From an uncultured Myxococcales bacterium (GTDB lineage: Bacteria > Myxococcota_A > Polyangia > Fen-1088), in assembly GCA_964540815.1 (NCBI GenBank), contig CAZIOH010000079.1:1-29161 (forward strand): a stretch of DNA of 29,161 nucleotides. Reading direction: 5' to 3'. The position numbers and the translations under genes are program-made. Positions 1-6,619 of the stretch are shown here, piece by piece. Positions within the stretch are counted from its first letter, which is position 1, and each line of letters starts with the position of its first letter. The notes beneath the pieces were generated by a model. It was not told where the DNA came from. It was given only the letters and a program-made list of their open reading frames with translations, and did no database searches.

Positions 1-2
1 AA

Positions 3-137
3 GCAGCCGCCCGTGCCCACGTCGCCCAGGTGGCGACCCCGCACACCATGCGGCACTCCTTCGCCACCCACCTGCTCGAAGACGGATACGACACACGCAC
101 AATCCAGGAACTCATGGGCCACAAGGACCTGACTTGA
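3..137 (+). pseudogene. Truncated C-terminal fragment of a tyrosine recombinase/integrase (XerC/XerD-phage integrase family). It ends before the catalytic Tyr.
   Basis: Frame-3 translation gives ...[40 protein letters not shown]. This matches the conserved HxxRHxxAT...LLGH box II region of tyrosine recombinases, but the stop falls before the STTQIYTHV segment that carries the catalytic Tyr. The ORF enters from the window edge. Confidence 0.55.
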
Positions 138-750
138 TCGGTCAGATCGAGGTAGTCGAGCAGCGCCTCGCAGACCTTTACCTCGCACTTCACTGCGCTA
201 GTTTTGCCATGGAAGGAACGTTTTCATACGACCCGTCGGGTACCGCGCAATCTTTGGCTGATCTCTTGGTCCATGGAACCATCAATGAGGCGACCCTGGC
301 GTATGGATTGGCACCGAAGGAGTCATATACCCACGATCAAACGCGGTGGTATTGGGCAAAACGCGCCGCCGCCCTACCTGTTGAGCCGGAAACGCGGCAC
401 AATGTCCGGGTGCTTGGAGAGCCGCATAATCCGCCGTTGCTGCCGGACGGCGCTCCGCGCCGCCGCTGAACGGCAGGTCGTTGGACGGACGGAGCCACCC
501 GTATTTCGACGAAGAGTCACTCCCGTGTGGACGGTTTCGGCGGACGATCGCGTTCTGACTTGGGTCCCTCCGCTAGGTGCTTTAGAGTTTGCTACCACAG
601 GTGCGCTCGACGAAACCTTGGAAGTTCCTCCGGAAGAGCCGGTGGTCGGTCACGGCCTGGCCCTTCTCCGTCTAGAACCGACCGGGGATTTGCTCCGGGG
701 TCCGATTCCGGCGAGACGGCCGCCGGGCAAGAGCGCATATTTCTCCCGTC
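138..750. other. Low-GC (~55% vs ~70% background) segment with no recognisable coding signal, lying next to the integrase fragment. Probable decayed foreign or mobile DNA. It contains one weak ORF (134..469 +, TTG start, atypical AT-ending codons).
   Basis: Composition shift visible by eye (many tttt/aaat/tat codons). No recognisable family in either strand's ORFs (134..469 +, 374..598 -). A tRNA T-arm-like GGGGTCCGATTCC lies at ~697-709. Confidence 0.35.
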
Positions 751-2265
751 ATGTCGCCCGAGCTCGACCAAGCCCTCTGTCACGGAGCCGCCGAGGCCCG
801 CGACCGCCGTTACGACGGGCTCTTCTTCACCGGCGTGACCTCGACCGGCGTCTACTGCCGCTGCGTGTGCCCGGCGCGAACACCGAAGCGCGCGAACCGG
901 CGCTTCTTCCCTTCGGCCGCGGCCGCCGAGAAGGCCGGCTTTCGCCCGTGCCTGATGTGCCGCCCCGAGCTGGCCCCCGGCGCCGCCCCGATCGACGCCA
1001 CCGAGCGCCTGGCCCACGCGGCCATGAGGCGCATCGAGGCGGGCGCGCTCGACGGTGGCACCCTGGTCGAGCTGGCGGCCGAGCTCGGGGTCACCGACCG
1101 CCACATGCGGCGGGTGCTCCGCCGGACCTTCGGCGCCACGCCGGTGGAGCTCGCCCAGACCCACCGCCTGCTCACCGCCAAGCGGCTCTTGCACGACACG
1201 CGCCTCAGCCTGATCGAGGTGGCCCTGGCGGCTGGCTTCGGCAGCGTGCGGCGCTTCAACACCCTCTTCCGCGAGCGCTACGGGCTCCCTCCGTCGCGGC
1301 TGCGGCAGGTCCCTTCTCGCCGCCGCGACGAGGCGTCCGACCGCGGACCCGGCTTCGCGTTCGTGCTCGCCCCGCGTGGGCCGTTCGACGGCGCCGGACC
1401 GCTCGGTCACGCCGAGCGGCGCCGGATCGCCCGGATGGAGGCGGCGCCTCTCGTGCGGACCTTCGCGGTGGGCGAGCACGCGGGGGTGCTGGCGCTGGCG
1501 CTGGCCGACGGGCCGGCCCCGATCCTCACCCTCGGCGAGGGACTGATGCCGGTGTTCCGCCAGGTCATCGCCGCCGTTCGCGGGGCGCTCGATCTCGACG
1601 CCGACGTGGAGGCCATCCACGCTGCCCTCGGCCGCGACCCGGCGCTCGCCGCCGACGTGGACGCCAACCCGGCCGTGCGCCTGCCGGGCGCGCTCGATCC
1701 GTTCGAGCTGGCCGTGCGCGCCATCCTCGGACAGCAGGTCACGGTGAAGGCCGCCACCACCCTGGCGGCCCGCGTGGTGAGCGACATCGGGGCCCCCATC
1801 GAGACCGGACACCCGGGGCTCGACCGGCTGTTCCCGACGCCGGCGCGGCTGGCCGAGGCGGGCGCCGAACGGATCGGGCGCCTCGGGATGCCCCGGGCGC
1901 GCGCCGAGACGGTCGTGCGGCTGGCGACGGAGGTCGTGGAGGGGCGCCTCCGTCTCGCGCGCGGGGCCATCGCGAGCGGGCGGGCCGGGCTCGAGAGGCT
2001 GGCCGGCGTCGGGCCGTGGACGCGCGAGTACGTCGCCCTCCGGGGGCTCGGCGATCCCGACGCCTTCCCGCTGGGAGACGCCGGATTGCGCCAGGCCTTT
2101 CCCGACGGGCTCGAGGCGGCGAGCGAGTCCTGGCGGCCGTGGCGCGGCTACGCCGCCGCGCACCTGTGGGGACGTCACGCGCGACGCGACGCCGCGGCGC
2201 CCACGCCCTCCGTCATCACCTCCTCGCGCCCGAAAGGAGCCACCGTTGCGCACGCACATCCATGA
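751..2265 (+). CDS. adaA-alkA: AdaA-AlkA fusion protein: Ada N-terminal Zn methylphosphotriester-repair domain, AraC-type HTH, and AlkA-type HhH-GPD 3-methyladenine DNA glycosylase.
   Basis: N-terminus FFTGVTSTGVYCRCVCPAR...FRPCLMCRP matches the Ada Zn Cys4 motif (E. coli Ada FAVRTTGIFCRPSCRAR...FRPCKRCQP). Then an AraC HTH (LAAELGVTDRHMRRVLRR...SVRRFNTLFRERYG). Then an HhH-GPD domain (LGQQVTVKAATTLAARVV...GVGPWTREYVALRGLGDPDAFPLGD). This is the same architecture as M. tuberculosis AdaA-AlkA. Confidence 0.85.
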   Translation: MSPELDQALCHGAAEARDRRYDGLFFTGVTSTGVYCRCVCPARTPKRANRRFFPSAAAAEKAGFRPCLMCRPELAPGAAPIDATERLAHAAMRRIEAGALDGGTLVELAAELGVTDRHMRRVLRRTFGATPVELAQTHRLLTAKRLLHDTRLSLIEVALAAGFGSVRRFNTLFRERYGLPPSRLRQVPSRRRDEASDRGPGFAFVLAPRGPFDGAGPLGHAERRRIARMEAAPLVRTFAVGEHAGVLALALADGPAPILTLGEGLMPVFRQVIAAVRGALDLDADVEAIHAALGRDPALAADVDANPAVRLPGALDPFELAVRAILGQQVTVKAATTLAARVVSDIGAPIETGHPGLDRLFPTPARLAEAGAERIGRLGMPRARAETVVRLATEVVEGRLRLARGAIASGRAGLERLAGVGPWTREYVALRGLGDPDAFPLGDAGLRQAFPDGLEAASESWRPWRGYAAAHLWGRHARRDAAAPTPSVITSSRPKGATVAHAHP

Positions 2266-2800
2266 GAGCCTGATAGGTCCCCTGACCCTCATCGCCGATG
2301 CAGGTCGACTCGTCGGCTGCCACTTCGCCAACCACCCCGCTGCGCTCGCGGCGGCGCGCGTGCACGGGGGCGGGGGCGCAGGCGCGGGAACGCCCGAGGA
2401 CGCGGCCCTGCTCGACCGCACCCGGCGGGAGCTCGATGCCTTCTTCGCGCGGCAGTCCCGGGCCTTCAGCGTCCCGGTCGACCCGCGCGGGACCCCGTTT
2501 CAGACGCGGGTGTGGCAGGCCCTCCGCGCCATCCCGCACGGCCGGACAGTCAGCTATGGACACATTGCGAGGGCGATCGGCGCCCCCACCGCGGCGCGGG
2601 CGGTCGGTGCCGCCAACGGCCGGAACCCCATCTGCATCATCATCCCGTGCCACCGCGTGGTGGGCGCCTCCGGAGCCCTGACCGGCTTTGGCGGGGGCCT
2701 GCTCCGAAAGCGCTTCCTGCTCGAGCTCGAGTCGCCGCCCGCGCTCGGGCTGGCGGTCGTGAGCGGCCCCAGCCACCTCTCGGTTCAGGGTGCGGGGTGA
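2246..2800 (+). CDS. ogt: O6-methylguanine-DNA methyltransferase (Ogt/AdaB).
   Basis: Active-site motif IPCHRVV and the HTH-like region TPFQTRVWQALRAIPHGRTVSYGHIA. TTG start preceded by RBS aaaggag. It overlaps the adaA-alkA stop by 20 nt, so the two form an operon. Confidence 0.85.
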   Translation: MRTHIHESLIGPLTLIADAGRLVGCHFANHPAALAAARVHGGGGAGAGTPEDAALLDRTRRELDAFFARQSRAFSVPVDPRGTPFQTRVWQALRAIPHGRTVSYGHIARAIGAPTAARAVGAANGRNPICIIIPCHRVVGASGALTGFGGGLLRKRFLLELESPPALGLAVVSGPSHLSVQGAG

Positions 2801-3159
2801 ACGGCGGTGGGGGCTCCCCGCAGCGCCGCGATGTAGTAGACCAGCATCGCGATGATCATGACGAGTGAGACCCACTCGAAGGGAATCCGGCCGAAGAGCA
2901 TCCACCTCCGGCCGAAGAAGCGGCCCTTCGAGCGCAGGAAGATCTGGCGCTGAATCTGCGGCAAGAACCGCTCGGGCGCCGGCTGACGGAGCGTCCCGAG
3001 GCCGCCGAGGGCCTGGCGGAAGGCCGCGAGCTCCGTGCGGCACTGGATGCAGGTCCCGAGGTGTTGTTCGAGCGCGAGCTTGACCTCCTCGGGGAGATCG
3101 CCCTCGAGATAGCTGGAGAAAGAATCGGCGGCGGCTTGATGGTCCATGGGGGCGTGCAT
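2785..3159 (-). CDS. Membrane-anchored zinc-binding anti-sigma factor (ZAS family, HxxxCxxC).
   Basis: LEQHLGTCIQCRTELAAF carries the ZAS H-x3-C-x2-C motif, followed by a C-terminal TM helix (WVSLVMIIAMLVYYIAAL). It sits immediately downstream of the ECF sigma gene (22-nt gap). Confidence 0.6.
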   Translation of the reverse strand: MHAPMDHQAAADSFSSYLEGDLPEEVKLALEQHLGTCIQCRTELAAFRQALGGLGTLRQPAPERFLPQIQRQIFLRSKGRFFGRRWMLFGRIPFEWVSLVMIIAMLVYYIAALRGAPTAVHPAP

Positions 3160-3181
3160 CGGGGGTGGTGGGACCCGCGCG

Positions 3182-3775
3182 TCAGCGGGTGTGTTTGGCC
3201 AGGTATTCCTTGATGCCCATGCGCGCGCGGTGCAAGCGCGACTTGATGGTGCCCTCCGCGAGGCCCGTCACCTCGCCGATCTCATCGTAGGACAGCTCCT
3301 CCACGTCGCGCAGGACGATGAGCAGGCGATGATCCTCCTCGAGGGTCTCGATTGCCGCCTGCATCATCCTCTCCATCTCGGCCGCCTCGAGCAGGACGTC
3401 GGGCGCCTCGATGTGGCCCTGGACGGGCGGGGCGCGTCCGGCGGCGGCGCCGCCAGCCGCATGCTCCTCGGCCGCCTCGTCGAAGGCGGCCCCGTCGGTG
3501 GGCCGGCGCGACAGGTACTTCATCCGGTTCTTGCAGTGATTGGCGGCGATCCGCAGCAACCAGGTCGAGAACTTCGATTCGCCGCGAAAGCTGTCCACGG
3601 TCTTGAACACCGTGACGAAGACCTCCTGGGCCAGGTCCTCCGCCTCGGCGCGGTTGCCGATCATCCGGTAGACCAGGCTGAAGACCTTGTCGCCGTGCAG
3701 CCGAACGATCTCGTTGAAGGCGTCCTCGTCGCGGGCCTTGAGTCGGGCGATGAGCAACCGTTCCGCGACGCTCAT
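3182..3775 (-). CDS. ECF (sigma-70 family group IV) RNA polymerase sigma factor.
   Basis: Region 2 (FNEIVRLHGDKVFSLVYRMIGNRAEAEDLAQEVFVTVFK...FSTWLLRIAANHCKN) and region 4 (LIVLRDVEELSYDEIGEVTGLAEGTIKSRLHRAR). Start at ATG 3775 (MSVAERLL) with RBS gaaggtgg upstream. The longer track ORF to 3895 is an N-terminal over-extension. Confidence 0.85.
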   Translation of the reverse strand: MSVAERLLIARLKARDEDAFNEIVRLHGDKVFSLVYRMIGNRAEAEDLAQEVFVTVFKTVDSFRGESKFSTWLLRIAANHCKNRMKYLSRRPTDGAAFDEAAEEHAAGGAAAGRAPPVQGHIEAPDVLLEAAEMERMMQAAIETLEEDHRLLIVLRDVEELSYDEIGEVTGLAEGTIKSRLHRARMGIKEYLAKHTR

Positions 3776-3902
3776 CTCGAAGGGCACCCACCTTCGCGGA
3801 CCCGAGGGCCTGGCGGCTGGCGGCTCGTCGCGCGCGGAGCCCCGCAGCGCGACCTCGATCGCGGCGTGTCCTGCGGTTGCGGCGGCTCCTCCCACCTCTC
3901 CA

Positions 3903-3930
3903 TGGACAGCCGCCCGGCGCGAAGGTTCCG
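3903..3930 (-). promoter_or_regulatory. Candidate autoregulated ECF-type promoter (GGAAC-N17-GTC) upstream of the sigma/anti-sigma operon.
   Basis: Minus strand reads tgcGGAACcttcgcgccgggcggctGTCcatgg, ~130 nt upstream of the sigma ATG. This matches the generic ECF -35 GGAAC / -10 GTC(T) architecture. Confidence 0.3.
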
Positions 3931-3975
3931 CAAACGTGTCGATCCCGCCATCGGAGAGCCGGAGTCTAGTGCACT

Positions 3976-3991
3976 GAACGGTCGAACGGTC
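3976..3991. repeat. Perfect tandem direct repeat GAACGGTC x2 (plus nearby GAACG iterations) between the OMP-like gene 3' end and the ECF promoter.
   Basis: ctGAACGGTCGAACGGTCcgatgaccGAACGaaGAACGcc, read directly. Confidence 0.5.
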
Positions 3992-4021
3992 CGATGACCG
4001 AACGAAGAACGCCGGGTGACG

Positions 4022-4870
4022 TCAGGGCTGCGGAACGAAGACCCGCAGGCTGGCGACGAAGGTGGTGCCCCTGGCGCTGCCGGTCAGATCCTGCCGCAGG
4101 CTCAGATCGACGGCGCCCGCCTCGGAGATGGCCGCGAAGCCCGCGCTGAGGTAGGTGTGCTCCAGCCCCCCATCGTCGCCGACGCCCCCCCGAAACGACA
4201 TGCGGGTGGCGGGACGAAATTCGGCCCCGGCCGCCACGCTGGTACGCACCCCGCGCGTCGGGTCGGAGGTGGTGAAGTCGTGAAATACGTCGATGGCCAC
4301 GGTCAGCTCGGGCAGGGGGACGAGCGCGGCCCCGTAGCCGAGCGAGAGGGGCGCGCGGGTGGTGGAGAGATCGCGCAGGCTGTACCCGACCACGCCCAGC
4401 GTCAGGACCGACGCCAGGCGGATGGTGGCGCCGGCGTCGAGCGTGAGTCCTCCATGCGAGCTTGAGCCATCCGGCTCCGGGGCGCCCCCCGCGAGCCGCA
4501 GATACTTGCCGGTCACGCCCAGCATGAGGAGCTCGCTGAACGGCATCGAGAGCGCGACGCCCGCCTCGTGTCCGGTGAAGCGCGAGAGCCCGGGGACCGC
4601 GGCGGTCCGGAAGGCGTAGTAGACCCCACCTGCGAGCCCGAACGCGGAGGTCGAGTCGACCACAGAGACGTGCCCGAACTGCTCGCCCGGTTGCGAGGCA
4701 TATTGATAGTGCCCCTCGAGCGAGTAGAGGCGTGCCAGGGACATGCCCGACGGGTTGAGGGGGATGGCTTCGTCGCCCCTGGCGTCAGCGCGGCCGGCAC
4801 CTCCCATGGCGAGCGCCCGGCTGCCGAGCTCGTCCACGAAAGCGCCGGCCGTTCGTGGGCGAACGGACAT
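4022..4870 (-). CDS. Hypothetical outer-membrane beta-barrel-like protein. The start codon is uncertain.
   Basis: Alternating hydrophobic beta-strand pattern throughout (GVYYAFRTAAV, GLTLDAGATIRLASVLTLGVVGYSL, LSLGYGAALVPLPELTVAIDVFHDF, TTFVASLRVFVPQP C-terminus). The first in-frame ATG (MSVRP) is at 4870. The track ORF up to 5200 overlaps the FKBP gene and is not credible. Confidence 0.45.
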   Translation of the reverse strand: MSVRPRTAGAFVDELGSRALAMGGAGRADARGDEAIPLNPSGMSLARLYSLEGHYQYASQPGEQFGHVSVVDSTSAFGLAGGVYYAFRTAAVPGLSRFTGHEAGVALSMPFSELLMLGVTGKYLRLAGGAPEPDGSSSHGGLTLDAGATIRLASVLTLGVVGYSLRDLSTTRAPLSLGYGAALVPLPELTVAIDVFHDFTTSDPTRGVRTSVAAGAEFRPATRMSFRGGVGDDGGLEHTYLSAGFAAISEAGAVDLSLRQDLTGSARGTTFVASLRVFVPQP

Positions 4871-4953
4871 CGTCGCGCTGAGCCCCAGCCCGAGCCCGAA
4901 GACCAGCAGTCGCCGACCCGACCGACGAGCGGCAAACCCGAGGGGTGACCCGG

Positions 4954-5310
4954 TCAGCGAAGCTCCAGCAGCTCGACCTCGAACAGCAGGGTGGCGTTGC
5001 CGGGGATCACGCCGCCCGCGCCCCGCGCCCCGTAGCCGAGTCCAGGCGGAATCAGCAAGGTGCGCTTGCCACCGATCTTGATCCCGGCGACGCCCTCGTC
5101 CCAGCCCTTGATCACCTGGCCCTTGCCGAGCGCGAAGGAGAAGGGGCTGCCGTGATCGTGCGAGCTGTCGAACTTGGTCCCCTTCTTGCCGTCCGTCCAC
5201 AACCAGCCGGTGTAGTGCATGACGCAGGTCTTGCCCGCGACGGCTTGGGTGCCGGCACCGACGGTGGTGTCTTCGTACTGGAGACCGCTCGGGGTCGTGG
5301 TCATGGCCAT
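4954..5310 (-). CDS. FKBP-type peptidyl-prolyl cis-trans isomerase.
   Basis: VMHYTGWLWTDGKKGTKFDSSHDHGSPFSFALGKGQVIKGWDEGVAGIKIGGKRTLLIPPGLGYG...ATLLFEVELLEL is a canonical FKBP domain. RBS aggagg lies 7 nt upstream of ATG 5310. Confidence 0.85.
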   Translation of the reverse strand: MAMTTTPSGLQYEDTTVGAGTQAVAGKTCVMHYTGWLWTDGKKGTKFDSSHDHGSPFSFALGKGQVIKGWDEGVAGIKIGGKRTLLIPPGLGYGARGAGGVIPGNATLLFEVELLELR

Positions 5311-5409
5311 GGAATGTCCGTCCTCCTGGTGGTCACCGGAACCGGCGCCTCCCCTTCATCGGGAAGGGCGAAGACGCTGGCCGCGTTTTTACTCCCTGCT
5401 CGAACCAGA

Positions 5410-6141
5410 TCAAGGTGAAAGAGAGAGCCCCGCCCGCCTATCTTGCGCGAGGCTGACGAACCCTTCGGTGCCGACCACCACGTGATCGAGGACCTGGATG
5501 CCGCACAGCTCGCCGACGTCGCGCAGCCGACGCGTGAGCTCGAGATCCTGCCGCGAGGGAGACGGATCACCGGACGGGTGGTTGTGACAGAAGATCGCCG
5601 CCGCCGCGCCCCCACGAATCAGCGGTCGGAAGACGTCGCGCGGATGGACCTCCACGGCCGTGAGCGACCCGCGGGCCAGGCAAGACTCCCAGAGCACGCG
5701 GTGGCGCACGTCGAGCGCCACCGCCCAGAACTCCTCGATCGCGAGGACCGCCAGGCGAGCCCGCAGGTGCGACCAGATATCGTCCGCGGAGGCGATGCGC
5801 CGTCCGTGTGCCGGACGCTCCCCGACCGACCGCCGTCCGAGCTCGAGCGCGGCCTGTACGGCCGAGGCCCGTGCGGCGCCGATTCCGGGACTCCCGCGCA
5901 GCTCGTGCAGAGAGGCGCGGGCCAGGCCCGCCAGCCCGCCGTGAGTGGTGAGGAGCCCGCGTGCGAGGTCGATCACCGTCGTGGCGACCCTGCCAGATCG
6001 GCACGGCCCGCTCCACCCGATCGACGTGCTCGCCCCGAGGACCAGGGAGAGCAACTCGGCGTCGGTCATGGACGTGACGCCGTGGATCTCGAGGCGCGCA
6101 CGGGGTGGACCGTCGGTGTTCGGGTGCGACGAGGAGGACAT
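5410..6141 (-). CDS. radC: RadC-like JAB-domain protein (UPF0758 DNA repair protein RadC).
   Basis: HNHPSGDPSPSRQDLELTRRL matches the RadC/JAMM HNHPSG motif. N-terminal PRARLEIHGVTSMTDAELLSLVLG matches the RadC HhH-like N-domain. Start at ATG 6141 (MSSSSHP). The upstream extension in the track ORF is unlikely. Confidence 0.8.
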   Translation of the reverse strand: MSSSSHPNTDGPPRARLEIHGVTSMTDAELLSLVLGASTSIGWSGPCRSGRVATTVIDLARGLLTTHGGLAGLARASLHELRGSPGIGAARASAVQAALELGRRSVGERPAHGRRIASADDIWSHLRARLAVLAIEEFWAVALDVRHRVLWESCLARGSLTAVEVHPRDVFRPLIRGGAAAAIFCHNHPSGDPSPSRQDLELTRRLRDVGELCGIQVLDHVVVGTEGFVSLAQDRRAGLSLSP

Positions 6142-6450
6142 GCGGGCCGGTTTCGCAACCCCTGTGCCATCCCGGAAACGACATGGATGCACCACGGTCA
6201 GGAACTGGTTTCGGGCGGGCAAATTGCGAAATGGCCAGACCTTTTTGGTAGCGATGCCCGAAATCGCATGTTAGCCTCTTCAAATCGTCTGTGCTTTGCG
6301 GCCACGTGCCGCACCGACGACCGGGGTCTACAGGTCACCAGCCGGTAGCCTCGACACGGTGGCAGTGGCGAGTGGTCCAAGTTGCGGGTGTGGCGGGTTC
6401 ACGTGGGCGCTGGTTTTCGCCCGACGGCAGCCCCGCTGATAATTTTAGGA

Positions 6451-6477
6451 GTTCAGCCTGAGTTCTGACGAACGTTC
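6451..6477 (+). promoter_or_regulatory. Three phased GTTC half-sites (GTTC-N7-GTTC-N8-GTTC) within an AT-rich patch upstream of recQ. Candidate LexA/SOS-box-like operator and promoter region.
   Basis: gataattttaggaGTTCagcctgaGTTCtgacgaacGTTCagag. GTTC-N7-GTTC is the alpha-proteobacterial LexA box form, and GAACGTTC is palindromic. The low-GC patch stands out in a 70% GC background. Confidence 0.25.
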
Positions 6478-6619
6478 AGAGGGCTCGACGGTCATCGCCG
6501 ACGGCGAAACCGGCACCGAGTCCCTTAAATCTTTAGATTCCGACGATGCACCCAGCCAAGCGCCCTCGGCTTCCCTCGCAGGTGCATCCGCCGGGCTCGC
6601 CGACGATCAGATCCCGACG

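Noticed and set aside
688-712. Possible tRNA gene (T-arm-like GGGGTCCGATTCC).
   Set aside because: I could not fold a complete cloverleaf (no convincing acceptor/anticodon arms, T-loop deviates from TTCRANY). Kept only as a possible degraded att/tRNA remnant within a finding.
138-750. tmRNA / RNase P / group II intron candidates in the low-GC segment.
   Set aside because: No tmRNA tag-reading frame ending in ...LAA-stop, no RNase P GGAAAGUCCGG/ACAGAAA boxes, no domain V/IEP ORF.
204-2273. 689-aa + strand ORF overlapping adaA-alkA in another frame, and its partner 592..2421 on the minus strand.
   Set aside because: Arg/Pro/Gly-rich nonsense translation typical of out-of-frame or antisense reading of ~70% GC DNA. 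The real gene (751..2265) has clear Ada/AraC/AlkA motifs.
5311-5409. T5 tract (gcgtttttact) as a terminator.
   Set aside because: The U-tract is on the + strand while both flanking genes are on the minus strand. No adjacent stable stem.
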